A stretch of DNA of 59,930 bases, counting the filler. It is 9 parts of 9 records of this genome, joined end to end, with 100 filler letters (N's around TTAATTAATTAA, not from the genome) between each part and the next. Parts side by side here need not be neighbours in the genome. Positions count along the whole stretch, not along the records: positions 18,708 to 24,047 come from SRR31156797_39923; positions 24,148 to 30,500 come from SRR31156797_39928; positions 30,601 to 37,881 come from SRR31156797_39958; 6 more parts are not named here. One strand, written 5' to 3'. Below the pieces are notes generated by a model. It was not told the origin of the DNA and did no database searches. It worked only from the letters and a program-made list of their open reading frames with translations. A program made the translations under genes and the position numbers. This document shows, in pieces, positions 19,503 through 30,885 of this stretch; positions within the stretch are counted from its first letter, which is position 1; every line of letters starts with the position of its first letter.

Positions 19503-20687
19503 TTGGATATTTACCTTAAAAGAAAACGCGGGAAAATTCTTCTTCTAATTGTAGCTGTTATTATTGGAGTTGCATCGTTGTTGTATACCAACTGGCTTTC
19601 GGAAAAAATGGCACAGGAGGAACGCAAAAAATCTGAACTTTGGGCCGAAGCAGCAATCCGGTTTACAGAACCTGAAGTTTCGGGTGAAAACATGGGTGCA
19701 TTTCAGGAGTTGAACACTTCATATAATACACTCATTCAATCCATTCTTTCACAAAACACAACTATCCCAATAATTATTCTAAACGCCGACGGATCGTTCA
19801 ACCTTGAAGCAAACATAAACTACAGCGAGGGCAGAAGAGAGGAAGTTCTAAGGAATGAACTGGAAAAAATGAAAGATTATTCCGATCCAATTCCTATCCG
19901 GCTTTCAGAAGAGAATGTTCAACTACTGTATTACCGCGAATCAAACATTTTGCGAAACCTTCGTTATTATCCGCTTATTCAGCTTTTTGTTATTATCATT
20001 TTTATTTTAGTTGCCTATTTTGCATTTAACGCCACACAACAAGCCGAGCAAAATCAGGTTTGGGTAGGAATGTCGAAAGAAACTGCACACCAGCTGGGAA
20101 CACCCATTTCTTCGTTAATGGCCTGGATTGAATTATTAAAATTGCAAAATGTTGACGAAAACCTGGTAAAGGAATTTGAAAAAGATACATTACGATTGGA
20201 AAAAATAACCGAACGTTTTTCAAAAATTGGTTCAAAACCTGAATTGTTACGGTTAAATGTAGTTGAAGTATTAAACTCAACAATTAATTATTTAAAAACC
20301 CGATCGTCGGGGAGGATTAAATTTGAAACCAGTTTTACCGAAAATGACTTTATTGAAACTCCGTTAAACGCAGCACTATTTTCATGGGTTATAGAAAATC
20401 TTTGCAAAAATGCCATCGACGCCATGAATAACGAAGGTTTAATTTCTATTAAATTAAAGGAAAAAGACAACGTAATAAACATCGATATTTCAGACACCGG
20501 AAAAGGCGTGCATAAGTCGCAGCACAAAACAATTTTCCAGCCGGGTTACTCAACAAAACAACGTGGCTGGGGGCTTGGACTTTCACTTGCAAAACGAATT
20601 ATAGAAAATTACCACAGTGGTAAAATCCATATTAAATCTTCTGAAATTGGAAAAGGAACTACTTTCCGGATTATACTGAATAAATAA
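19503..20687 (+). CDS. membrane sensor histidine kinase
   Basis: Two TM segments, KETAHQLGTP H-box, KNAIDAM, GWGLGLS. Confidence 0.9.
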   Translation: MDIYLKRKRGKILLLIVAVIIGVASLLYTNWLSEKMAQEERKKSELWAEAAIRFTEPEVSGENMGAFQELNTSYNTLIQSILSQNTTIPIIILNADGSFNLEANINYSEGRREEVLRNELEKMKDYSDPIPIRLSEENVQLLYYRESNILRNLRYYPLIQLFVIIIFILVAYFAFNATQQAEQNQVWVGMSKETAHQLGTPISSLMAWIELLKLQNVDENLVKEFEKDTLRLEKITERFSKIGSKPELLRLNVVEVLNSTINYLKTRSSGRIKFETSFTENDFIETPLNAALFSWVIENLCKNAIDAMNNEGLISIKLKEKDNVINIDISDTGKGVHKSQHKTIFQPGYSTKQRGWGLGLSLAKRIIENYHSGKIHIKSSEIGKGTTFRIILNK

Positions 20688-20854
20688 CCGTTTTTTTGCA
20701 ATAAAACATAAACCTCTACCATTAATAAATTCCAATAAAATTTCATATAAAAGTGAAGCCTGAAAAAACTATTAATTACTTCTGTTTCAAAAAAAAGCAG
20801 AATATTTCATTGGTTTAATAAAAATTTATACTTTTGCATCACTTTTTTCGAACC

Positions 20855-21391
20855 GTGAGTTGGAAGTCAAAATATGATATTGCGTTTAAAGGTCTTAATG
20901 AAGGCATACACGAATTTGATTTTCAAATCGACGATAAGTTCTTTGAACATTTTAATGAAAGCCAGGTTAAACAAGGAGAAGTAACCATAAAAGCAGTTCT
21001 GGAAAAACGAAGTGCTTTTTTAAAACTTCACTTAAAAATTAAAGGTTTAATTGTACTTCAATGCGACCGCTGTTTAGATAATTACAAACAGAAAATAAAG
21101 CAAAAGACCGAACTATTTGTAAAATTCGGTGAACAGAAATTTGAAGAGGGCGAAAACGTAGTATGGATTTTACCTGAAGAAAACAATATAAATCTGGCAC
21201 AACTATTTTTTGAATATATTATTCTTAGTATTCCGCTTCGGCACGTTCATCCAAAAAATAAGGATGGAAAAAGAGAATGTAATAAAGAAATGTTGAATAA
21301 ATTAAAAAATTATATGCATTCAGAAAAAGAGGAAGAAGGATTAACCGATCCTCGGTGGGATGCTTTAAAAAAATTAGGAAATAATAATTAA
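20855..21391 (+). CDS. yceD: DUF177/YceD family protein
   Basis: CDRCL, DPRWDALKKL; directly upstream of rpmF; GTG start. Confidence 0.88.
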   Translation: MSWKSKYDIAFKGLNEGIHEFDFQIDDKFFEHFNESQVKQGEVTIKAVLEKRSAFLKLHLKIKGLIVLQCDRCLDNYKQKIKQKTELFVKFGEQKFEEGENVVWILPEENNINLAQLFFEYIILSIPLRHVHPKNKDGKRECNKEMLNKLKNYMHSEKEEEGLTDPRWDALKKLGNNN

Positions 21392-21403
21392 AAACAAAAT
21401 ACG

Positions 21404-21589
21404 ATGGCACATCCAAAGCATAAAATCTCGAAATCGAGAAGAGACAAAAGGCGCACGCATTATAAAGCTGTAGCACCTACGCTTGCAACCTGTTCGAACT
21501 GCGGAACAACTGTAAAATACCACACCGTTTGCCCGGAATGTGGATATTACAGAGGCAAGCAGGTAATTGAAAAAGAAATTGCAGTTTAA
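21404..21589 (+). CDS. rpmF: 50S ribosomal protein L32 (Zn-ribbon form)
   Basis: MAHPKHKISKSRRDKRRTH, CSNCG..CPECGYY. Confidence 0.97.
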   Translation: MAHPKHKISKSRRDKRRTHYKAVAPTLATCSNCGTTVKYHTVCPECGYYRGKQVIEKEIAV

Positions 21590-21614
21590 CCAGGTTTTTA
21601 ACCTGGTTTTTTTT
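21588..21614 (+). terminator. terminator after rpmF
   Basis: AACCAGGTT-TTT-AACCTGGTT followed by T run. Confidence 0.75.
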
Positions 21615-21799
21615 GCTATTTACTGAACTTTTTGAACACATGAATGAATAGTTCAGCTATAACTTAAACAATTGTTAACCTCTGCCCGCAACCTTCGCTT
21701 TATTCTTTGTATATACTCATTTAACCTCTATATTCATGCCCGATTTTAAAACTATTTTATTTAACGACATTTTAATCTTTTGATAATTAATATAGAACA

Positions 21800-22801
21800 A
21801 TGGCTAAAATTAGGGCGGCGATTACCGGAGTTGGGGCATTTTTACCGGAGTACCGGTTAACAAATGAAGAAATAAGCACAATGGTTGATACATCTGACGA
21901 ATGGATTATGCAACGCATTGGCATAAAAGAACGCCGCATTCTGAAAGATGAAGGAAAAGCAACCAGCGATATGGGAGCCGCTGCAGTTCAGGAACTGTTA
22001 AAAAAAACAAACACCTCGCCCGATGAAATAGACATGCTTATTTGCGCAACAATTACACCCGACATGCCATTTCCGGCAACAGCCAATATTATCGCAAATA
22101 AAGTAGGAATTCACAACGCCTGGAGCTTTGATCTGAATGCAGCTTGTTCCGGATTTATTTTCGCACTTACAACAGCTGTTCAATTTATCGAATCGGGGCG
22201 CTACCAGAAAGTAATTATTGTTGGTGCCGACATGATGTCTTCAATTACCAATTATAAAGATCGTACAACTTGTCCTCTTTTTGGAGATGCAGGTACCGCC
22301 GTTTTACTTGAGCCAACCATTGAAGATTCCGGAATCGTAGATTATATTAATCGTGTCGACGGTTTAGGAAGACACCATTTACATATGAAAGCCGGCGGCT
22401 CGTTAAAACCGGCATCGTGCGAAACAGTTACAAACGACGAGCATTTTGTTTATCAGGAAGGGCAGGCGGTTTTTAAAGCTGCAGTTTCGAGTATGGCCGA
22501 TGTAGCTGCTGAGATTATGAAAAAGAACAACCTCCAGCCTGACGATGTAGCGTGGCTGGTACCTCACCAGGCCAATTTACGAATTATTGATGCCACTGCC
22601 CGACGAATGGGTGTCGATAAAAATAAGGTAATGATTAATATTCAAAAATTCGGGAATACAACGGCAGCTACAATTCCGCTCTGTTTATACGATTACGAGA
22701 AAAAACTGAAAAAAGGAGACAATATAATATTAGCTGCTTTTGGTGCCGGTTTTACCTGGGGAAGTGTTTATCTGAAATGGGCGTACAATACACCAGAATA
22801 A
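21800..22801 (+). CDS. fabH: 3-oxoacyl-ACP synthase III
   Basis: [28 protein letters not shown]. Confidence 0.96.
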   Translation: MAKIRAAITGVGAFLPEYRLTNEEISTMVDTSDEWIMQRIGIKERRILKDEGKATSDMGAAAVQELLKKTNTSPDEIDMLICATITPDMPFPATANIIANKVGIHNAWSFDLNAACSGFIFALTTAVQFIESGRYQKVIIVGADMMSSITNYKDRTTCPLFGDAGTAVLLEPTIEDSGIVDYINRVDGLGRHHLHMKAGGSLKPASCETVTNDEHFVYQEGQAVFKAAVSSMADVAAEIMKKNNLQPDDVAWLVPHQANLRIIDATARRMGVDKNKVMINIQKFGNTTAATIPLCLYDYEKKLKKGDNIILAAFGAGFTWGSVYLKWAYNTPE

Positions 22802-22930
22802 AAATAAATTAATTTCTTCTGAATTTTTCATTTTACTTTTGGAGCCATTACAAAAATTTGTAATTTCAAACGCCTAAAAATTAACTTTTCTGAAAAACGG
22901 GCAATCAACAATTTTTAAATGATTTTTAAA

Positions 22931-23317
22931 ATGGCAAAGCAAACAACAAACTACGGCGAGGCTCAAAACCAGGCGATTAATATTATTAGCGCCGGCACAA
23001 CCATCAAAGGAGATGTTTCAGCGGTAGGAGATATCAGAATAGACGGCACTCTGGTAGGTAATATTGATGCAAAAGGACGGTTGGTAATTGGTCCAAAAGG
23101 CAAAGTTGAAGGTGAGATTATTTGTAACAACATTGAAATATCGGGGTATATAAAAGGGAAAATTAAGGTTGCCGAACTCCTGAATATGAAATCATCGGCA
23201 AAAATATTAGGCGATATTATTGCAGGTAAACTTTCAGTAGAACCAGGTTCGGTATTTACTGGAACCTGTACAATGGGAGGTGATAAACCAATCCATGAAA
23301 CACAAAAAACAAAATAA
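22931..23317 (+). CDS. bactofilin (polymer-forming cytoskeletal protein)
   Basis: IKGDV..IRIDG..G.LVIG..G.VEG beta-helical pattern. Confidence 0.88.
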   Translation: MAKQTTNYGEAQNQAINIISAGTTIKGDVSAVGDIRIDGTLVGNIDAKGRLVIGPKGKVEGEIICNNIEISGYIKGKIKVAELLNMKSSAKILGDIIAGKLSVEPGSVFTGTCTMGGDKPIHETQKTK

Positions 23318-23519
23318 TCCAAAAAATAAGTACGATACTTTTATTCGTTATTCCAGCCTCGGTTTCGAAATGATGGCTATAATCGGAATATTTACATTTC
23401 TGGGATTTAAGATCGACCAATGGATGAAAAACGATTTTAAAGCATTCACTTTTGGATTAATGGTAATATCTGTAATAATTGCCACTATTTATGGAACAAA
23501 AAACCTATTAAAAAAATGA
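23295..23519 (+). CDS. AtpZ/AtpI family small membrane protein
   Basis: YSSLGFEM..LGFKIDQW, two TM segments. Confidence 0.75.
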   Translation: MKHKKQNNPKNKYDTFIRYSSLGFEMMAIIGIFTFLGFKIDQWMKNDFKAFTFGLMVISVIIATIYGTKNLLKK

Positions 23520-23905
23520 CAACTGAATATAAAAGATTTCTCACAAAAACCGTTGGATTAACCGTTATTATTGCATTAATCGGATGGCTGTGTTTTTCAG
23601 TTTTTATACCACAATATTATTTACCCGTATTTCCTTATCTGCTTGCATTCTTTCTTATTGTAGCAATTTCTATTCATGCCTACCAATTAAAACTGGCAAA
23701 AAAAGACATTGGCAAATTCGCACGAAGTAACATGGTAATTACTTTTATTAAATTAATGATTTACTCGGTTTTTGCCGTTATTTACATTGCCAACGATTCC
23801 GAAAATGCCTTACCATTTGTTATTGCACTGCTGTTCCTTTATCTTATTTTCACTTTTGTTGAAGTCTCAGAAATTAGCCGAATAGCAAGAAAAAATTCAA
23901 ACTAA
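23516..23905 (+). CDS. 4-TM membrane protein (ATP synthase protein I-like)
   Basis: Four hydrophobic helices; ATGA overlap with the AtpZ-like gene; position typical upstream of Bacteroidota atp genes. Confidence 0.55.
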   Translation: MTTEYKRFLTKTVGLTVIIALIGWLCFSVFIPQYYLPVFPYLLAFFLIVAISIHAYQLKLAKKDIGKFARSNMVITFIKLMIYSVFAVIYIANDSENALPFVIALLFLYLIFTFVEVSEISRIARKNSN

Positions 23906-24047
23906 AGTCAAAATCCGCCTAAAACATTTTCTACAACATATCATTTTCAATCCTGTTTTTAGACATTGTTAATTCTTTGGTGAAAAGTTCAAATTTTCAT
24001 TCGTGGTAAAAAAAATCTTTTAAATTTGTGGACACTTGACAAACTGA

Positions 24048-24147
24048 NNNNNNNNNNNNNNNNNNNNNNNNNNNNNNNNNNNNNNNNNNNNTTAATTAAT
24101 TAANNNNNNNNNNNNNNNNNNNNNNNNNNNNNNNNNNNNNNNNNNNN
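24048..24147. other. artificial contig spacer
   Basis: N run with TTAATTAATTAA. Confidence 0.99.
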
Positions 24148-26304
24148 ATTTGCTTCAAATGCTCTTTGGAATACCATAAGATTAACTAACGACTCACTAA
24201 GATCTGCAGTTGAAAGCTCTAGTGAGCCTCCCTCAATCTCTGCCATCTTATCATTATCGATATTAAATAGAGCAGTACCACTTCTTGTAGTCTCCATTAA
24301 AAGATTATCTCCAACTGGCTCTAATCCTCTATTATCAGTAAATCTAGCTACTGCAACCTGTCCAATAGCAAATTTTGTACCATCTTGAGTCATTGTAATC
24401 ATTCCTGTACTATCAACTTCAAACTCTCCAAAAGCATTATCTGTTATCCCTAAAGTATCAAGTCTTAGTTGTAATTCACTTTTTGAAGCAGTTTGATTTA
24501 TTGTTGTAGCTATTTTTAGAAATTCTGCACCGGCACCCTCTCTATTACTGAAGTTAGGATCTCTAGGAAGATCTGCATATGCATTAAAAGAAACAAGCTC
24601 TGTTACTGTACCAGTTACAGCTGTTGTATTAGCAGCTGTTATTGCAACATCTGCTATGGCTCCTGCATCATGAGAATAAACAACTGTTATTTTATTACCA
24701 GAAACTGTAACAGAAGACACATCTGCATCAGGAGTAGCTACTAAATCACTATTAACTTGAGCTGCAATCTTTGAAGCTATAGTAGCTGGTGTATCATTAA
24801 TTAATACAGCTGTCGTATATGCAGTTCCATTGATTGTTACTTCGATATTATCAGATGCTGCTGCTGCTAAATCAATTTCTAAAGTTTCTTGTTCTTGATT
24901 TCTACCTTGAAGTGCCCCTGTAAACTCTACATCGTAATTAGCATCTAGTGTTCTTATCACCATATTATCATTAATATTATATGCTTTTATATAATTTTGT
25001 AGATCTGGATCAGCATTAATAGCTGCTATTACAGCATCTAAATCTGCGGCAGCTGCAATAGTAAGAGCAGTAGTTGGTACTATTTCTGTTGTATCTAATG
25101 TTTTATTATAAATTTCTATTTGATAAGTAAAATTATTATTAGCTGGAGTCGAACTAATAAACATATTACCAGATGCTCCAACTGTGTATACATCTGTTTG
25201 TTTACCACTAACAGCCCTTGATAATGCATCTTCAATTGAATTGATATGCCCCATACCTGTTCCTAATACTGATGGACGAATATTTGTCAAAGTACCTTTT
25301 GAAGTTAAGTTACTGTTACTAGCATCTGTCCATCCAAGTTCTGTTACTCTAATTTGTTGTCCTGGTACTAAGCTTTCTATTACTACATTTGACCAATAAG
25401 ATCCTGAAATACCAGTTGGATTATCTAATTCGTATGGAGATGTCGCATCTGCAGTCAAATATGCATTAAACCCCGGTGTATCAGAGAGTTTATCAACAAA
25501 TTTTTTCATTGTTGTTTCTTGGTCAGTATCAAAAGTTTGAGAGTACTTAACACCATCAATATAAACATATACTTCATCACCTTCAGCTAAATCTGTTGAT
25601 GATCCAAGTCCATAACTTAATAAGTCTTTTTGAGAATTCGATGAAGATGCAGTAGGTTTTGGATCAGCTTCGGCATATACAGATAAGGCAGCATTATATT
25701 CCGTTATCAACAGCTCAACATCTGCAATTTTAGTTGAGGCAGTCTTGTATCCGGACCCTGAAAAAATAGTATTATCATCTGTTGTTGCTAATGCTGTATA
25801 GTCTGTAGCTTTTGCAGCAATAGTTTCAATTGTTGTAGTGTCTTTAATAACTTTATTTCCAAGAAGTTTTGAAAAATCATTTGTAAAGAATGTTGCGTTT
25901 GGATCTGTAGATGTTATATCATCAGCTGTAAGAGGTTGTATAGCCCAACCTTGAACTTTATTTTGTCCTACATCTTCAAGAGTTCCACCCTCTCCCATAC
26001 GAAAATTTCCTGCTCTAGTATAATATGTATCATTTCCATCTTTAACTTGGAAAAACCCATCTCCAGAGAGTGCCATATCATAGGATACTCCCGTGATCTT
26101 TAAACTTCCTTGAGTATACATCTTTTCAACATCAAAAGAGGTAACCCCTTTACCTATTTTATCTTGATACATTTGATCTGCAAAAGAAATTCTAGAAGCT
26201 TTAAACCCTATAGTATTAACGTTTGCGATATTATTTGACTCATTGTCTAGCCCTGTTTGTGAACCCCCAAGTCCTGAGATCCCTGTCCAAAGTGCTCCAA
26301 CCAT
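24148..26304 (-). CDS. flgE: flagellar hook protein FlgE, long paralog (3' truncated)
   Basis: SNNIANVNTIGFK, GDGFF..YTRAGNF, LELSTADLSESLVNLMVFQRAFEAN. Confidence 0.88.
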
Positions 26305-26399
26305 GATGTATCCTTTATTATTAGTTTACGAACATCTTTCAATGCTCAAATTTAAATAACCTCTTTAAAAAAGTTACTTAAACTTAAGCACTAAGTAAT

Positions 26400-27962
26400 T
26401 TACTTAGTCTTAAGATCCAATGCTGTTTTTATCAACTCATCTGAAGTAGTGATCGATTTTGAATTTGCTTCAAATGCTTTTTGAAATGTCAATATATTTA
26501 CTAACTCTTTAGAGAGATCAACATTACTATTTTCAAGATAGCCTCCATATACTTTTGAAGCATCTTCAATATAAAAAGGAACAACATCACTATCCATATT
26601 TGAATAAAGATTATCTCCTTCTGGATTTAATACAGACTTATCTGTAAATGTCACAGGTGCTAAAAGACCCACTAAAAACTTAGCATCACCATCAGTCAAA
26701 TAGAGTTTTCCATTTTCACTAGTAATTCCAGGATATGCTGCAACTGTTGTAATATCACCATCAATAAGTTTTTCATAAAGTGTACTATTCATTCCTAACT
26801 CATTTAGATCTAATATAATTGGTTCAAAATTTAGTGTTTCTCCACTTTCTAAATTTTCTATTTCACTTTGATTTGTGGCAATTTTAATTTTTAAATCTTC
26901 TATTTCTTCTATAGACAACTGTTCTTCTTCAGGTAATGCACTATTATTAGCTTCTAAAGTAGAATTAATTCTTTCTATTAAAGCTTCCAACTCACTATAT
27001 ATTGAATCAATCAATTTTTGTCCTGATCCACTCTCTTGTACAAGATTATCAACAAAAATAACATTATTATTAACTTTTACCTGTGATACACTCATGTTTT
27101 TTCCTGGAAGCATTGATTCTATGATTAATTCTCCAGTTGTGGTATCTACGGAAGATGTAATACCAGCTAATTGATTAATTTTATCAGAAAAAAGGTTTAA
27201 AGTATTTTCAATACTTTCATCATAGTTTTGTTGAAACTTTACACCATCAATAGTTATTTCAACTGAGTATTCATCATTCTCGATACTATCAGGTAATGGT
27301 AAAGTAACACTAGTCATTGCTTTAGCTGCTTCTTCCCCTTCTACTGGATTAATAGAGTAAGCTTTTAGTGCACTATTATATTCATATAATAGCTCTTCTA
27401 TATCTGTATTATTTGCACTCTCCGTTTTGTAATTGTTTCCACTTATTCCTATAGAACCTGCTTCAGAAGTTGTCTTATTATAGTCACTCATGTATGTATT
27501 AATTGAAACTGTCGAATCTTCTGTTTCTATTATCATAGTAGCAACATTATTAGTATGACTAGAGGTAATAGTATCACCACTTACTGTAGACTTTATTCCC
27601 ATTACTAACATACCATTAGGATCTACTAGATTATTATTTTTATCACTTTTAAATTGTCCTGCTCTGGTATAAAAAACTGTATTTTCTTGATTAGGATGCT
27701 GTACTGTAAAAAAACCATCGCCTTCAATGGCAAAATCATACTCAGAGTTTGTTGGTACTAACTGTCCTTGAGAAAAATCTTTTCTAGCGGTGTCTGCCGA
27801 GACTCCATATCCAACACTTTGCATATAAAACATATCAGAAAAAGAAACAGAATCTGATTTAAATGCTGTAGATTTTACATTTCCCGCATTATTAGATTCT
27901 ATATCTAAAGCTGTTTGAAATGATAATAAAGCAGATACACCATTTGACATTGAAGTTTGCAT
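26400..27962 (-). CDS. flagellar hook/basal-body protein, second FlgE-like paralog
   Basis: SNNAGNV, GDGFF..YTRAGQF, LENSNVDLSKEL..QKAFEANSKSITTSD. Confidence 0.82.
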   Translation of the reverse strand: MQTSMSNGVSALLSFQTALDIESNNAGNVKSTAFKSDSVSFSDMFYMQSVGYGVSADTARKDFSQGQLVPTNSEYDFAIEGDGFFTVQHPNQENTVFYTRAGQFKSDKNNNLVDPNGMLVMGIKSTVSGDTITSSHTNNVATMIIETEDSTVSINTYMSDYNKTTSEAGSIGISGNNYKTESANNTDIEELLYEYNSALKAYSINPVEGEEAAKAMTSVTLPLPDSIENDEYSVEITIDGVKFQQNYDESIENTLNLFSDKINQLAGITSSVDTTTGELIIESMLPGKNMSVSQVKVNNNVIFVDNLVQESGSGQKLIDSIYSELEALIERINSTLEANNSALPEEEQLSIEEIEDLKIKIATNQSEIENLESGETLNFEPIILDLNELGMNSTLYEKLIDGDITTVAAYPGITSENGKLYLTDGDAKFLVGLLAPVTFTDKSVLNPEGDNLYSNMDSDVVPFYIEDASKVYGGYLENSNVDLSKELVNILTFQKAFEANSKSITTSDELIKTALDLKTK

Positions 27963-27972
27963 AGTTCTTCCT

Positions 27973-28659
27973 TTATCTTACTTCTGTAATATTTCCTAAT
28001 GGAATCGTCGTAACTTCATCTGCATATGTAAATGCAGATCCCCCCACAGAATATTTTTCAAGAATAGCTTCATCTGTTACAACTTCATTATCACCATCAA
28101 GTATTTTTAAAGTTCCATCATCATTATAAGTAAATCTTCCATCACTTCCTAAGGCTACTCTATAGCCAGTTTGAGTTTCTCCATCTGATTCATAAATAAA
28201 TCCATCTGCATCGTATAATACATACTCTTCACTTTCAGTATCAACTAATGCATCGACGATCCCTGTAATCTCATAAGCATTTACATATAATTCACCGTCA
28301 ATATTTTGCACTGTATCCACTGTATACGAAGACAATTCACCTTGATCATTTGTTGAACCATCTTCAACAATATTTCCGATCAAATTTGCTGCTGTAGATA
28401 AGGCAGAAGCTGTATATGAAGCTTGTAAAGTTTCCATAGCCTCTGCCATTCTCATATTTGAATCAATCTGAGACATTTTTAGCTGAGAATCCATAAGTTG
28501 CTGAGAATCCATTGGCTTTGTAGGATCTTGCATCTTCATCTCTTCTAACATTAAAGTTAAAAAATCTTCACTTGTTAATTGATCATTACTTACTGCTGTT
28601 GTATATGAATTTCCATCAATTCCTGTTGAACTTTGTGTTGTTACTTCACTAACTGCCAT
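27973..28659 (-). CDS. flgD: flagellar hook capping protein FlgD
   Basis: DFLTLMLEEMKMQDPTKPMD; directly upstream of the hook genes. Confidence 0.9.
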   Translation of the reverse strand: MAVSEVTTQSSTGIDGNSYTTAVSNDQLTSEDFLTLMLEEMKMQDPTKPMDSQQLMDSQLKMSQIDSNMRMAEAMETLQASYTASALSTAANLIGNIVEDGSTNDQGELSSYTVDTVQNIDGELYVNAYEITGIVDALVDTESEEYVLYDADGFIYESDGETQTGYRVALGSDGRFTYNDDGTLKILDGDNEVVTDEAILEKYSVGGSAFTYADEVTTIPLGNITEVR

Positions 28660-28668
28660 AATATTCTC

Positions 28669-28956
28669 CTATATAGAATGTTCATCAAAGAAAAAGTTCA
28701 CTACTTTTTCTGCACTCATTGCATCTTGAACACGGATCGCTAACTTTTCATCTATTACGATAATATCACCCGTCCCGATAACTCTCTCATTAACGTAAAT
28801 ATCTCCACCTTCACCAGCAAGTTTATTAAGTGGTAGAATATCTCCCTCACAAAAATCAAGAAAGTCTTTAACGGTTATATCAGTATGACCAAGTATCACA
28901 TCTACTTTTGCTTCAGTATCAACTAGTTCATCGTAATCTCTAGTGGTTATTTCCAT
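28669..28956 (-). CDS. fliN: flagellar motor switch protein FliN (SpoA domain)
   Basis: GDILPLNKLAGE..IYVN..IGTGDIIV..LAIRV. Confidence 0.85.
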   Translation of the reverse strand: MEITTRDYDELVDTEAKVDVILGHTDITVKDFLDFCEGDILPLNKLAGEGGDIYVNERVIGTGDIIVIDEKLAIRVQDAMSAEKVVNFFFDEHSI

Positions 28957-29077
28957 AATCTTACGCACCAACTTTTAAATTTTGCTTTATTATATCATAA
29001 AAATATAATTTTTGTATAATATTTATTGGTGTTTTATGGATTTTAGATTTTTTTTAGTTTGAAAAGAAAGTAATTTT

Positions 29078-29749
29078 TTAAATTACTCCATCAAGAGAGC
29101 TTAACATACTTTGAATTTTAGACTCAATACTTCCATCAAAATTCCCTAGATCACTAGCTATTACAACCCCACCTGCTGTAACATTAGGATCCTCTTGTAA
29201 AGATACATGTGCATCAAAAGTGATCTTATCTTTTAAAATTATATAATCTTTTGGATTAAGATGAATCGAAACTTTAGAAGCTGATTTTACTTTCTCCATC
29301 ATATTATCTATAGTAACTTTTGCAATAGATGTAGAGTTTTCACCAATCTCTATCCCTATTATTTTTTGAGCTATTGAAAGAGATGTTTTTAAAAGTTTTG
29401 TTTCCATTTGGAAAGTTGCTTGTTCAAAAAAAGCTGAGTATTGTTTTAGGTCTTTTAATGCTTCAACTACTTGTTTGTCAAGATCTTTGCCTTTTACTCC
29501 TTCACTTTCAATTGAAATAACTTTTTCTTGAATCTGTGCCATTGACTGCTGTAACTTCTGAATCTCTTGCAGTATTGGATCTACTCTATTTGTTTCTTTC
29601 TCATCTTCATAAGTTAAAACTGCTGGCGTTTGTTCATTCTGTTCCCCTTGTTGGCTAGAAACAAAACTTCCTAACTTAAAAGGCTTTACCTCTTCTGCAT
29701 CTTTTTTTATGATTTGAGAAGTTGTTGATACATTATTATTTGATCCCAT
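29078..29749 (-). CDS. fliH: flagellar assembly protein FliH
   Basis: IHLNPKD..GGVVIAS..GNFDG; follows fliG. Confidence 0.85.
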   Translation of the reverse strand: MGSNNNVSTTSQIIKKDAEEVKPFKLGSFVSSQQGEQNEQTPAVLTYEDEKETNRVDPILQEIQKLQQSMAQIQEKVISIESEGVKGKDLDKQVVEALKDLKQYSAFFEQATFQMETKLLKTSLSIAQKIIGIEIGENSTSIAKVTIDNMMEKVKSASKVSIHLNPKDYIILKDKITFDAHVSLQEDPNVTAGGVVIASDLGNFDGSIESKIQSMLSSLDGVI

Positions 29750-29751
29750 TA

Positions 29752-30500
29752 TTATTCCTCATCAGCACGTTCAATTTCACCAGATTCTAATAGTCTCATT
29801 GCTATATCAAGAATTTGTCTTTGAGCTTCTTCTACCTCTTTAATTTTTACTTTTCCTAAAAGTTCAAACTCTTCATTAAATCTATCTCTAGCTCTTTGCG
29901 ACATAGCTGCCATGACTATATCCATTTCATCTTCTGTAGCATTCTTTAAGGCCTTTGTAAGAACATCTGATTCAACATTTCCTAAAACCTTCATAATATC
30001 ATTTGTATCTAAAGCTAATAAGTCTTCAAATACGAACATATTTTCTTTAATTTTAGCAGCAAGATCAGGATCAAGTCCATTAATATTTGTAAGAATCTCA
30101 TTTGCTTTTGGCCCCATTTTATTAAGCATATCAGCAACAGTTTTTACTCCACCAACTGTTACAATTGAAGCAAGTAAAGATTCAAGTTTTCTCTCCAATA
30201 CATTTGACATAGAACGTACAATAGTTGGAGACACATCTTTAATAGTTGCCATTTGCATTGATACTTTTACTTTTAATGTTTCATCTAGTTTCGCTAATAC
30301 GGCAGAAGCATCTTCTGCATCCATATGAGCTAATACAACAGCAATAGTTTGAGGAGACTCATCTTTTATAAAGTCTGCTAATTGCTTAGGATCAATATTA
30401 TCTAAATATGCAAAAGATTGTTTTGCTTCTTGCATACGTGCAAGTTTTGCTAGTACTTTATCGGCTTCTGCTTTTCCTAAAGATTTATATAAAATATCTT
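29752..30500 (-). CDS. fliG: flagellar motor switch protein FliG (5' truncated)
   Basis: ESPQTIAVVL, GGVKTVADMLN, MFVFEDL, VEEAQRQI. Confidence 0.93.
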
Positions 30501-30600
30501 NNNNNNNNNNNNNNNNNNNNNNNNNNNNNNNNNNNNNNNNNNNNTTAATTAATTAANNNNNNNNNNNNNNNNNNNNNNNNNNNNNNNNNNNNNNNNNNNN
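30501..30600. other. artificial contig spacer
   Basis: N run with TTAATTAATTAA. Confidence 0.99.
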
Positions 30601-30885
30601 ATAACCGGCTCGTCCGGTTCATTTGAAATGAAAGAAATATGTTACTAAACCAGAGCTTTGCCGTTCATGGAACTGAGCACCTTCTCGTAAATCGGCTTGC
30701 GCTTCATCAAGGACCTGTATTTTTATCTAATGGTAAAACGTTTTGCATTACACCCTCTCTTTTATGATCCAAGTTCATCGTACGTTTTTTTTGAAGACTC
30801 CGCAATGTTAAGGATATTTCCAGGGGGGATAATTGCGGTGCTGACGGCGGCACAGCCTCCAACTACACCAACTCCCCACCATTAA

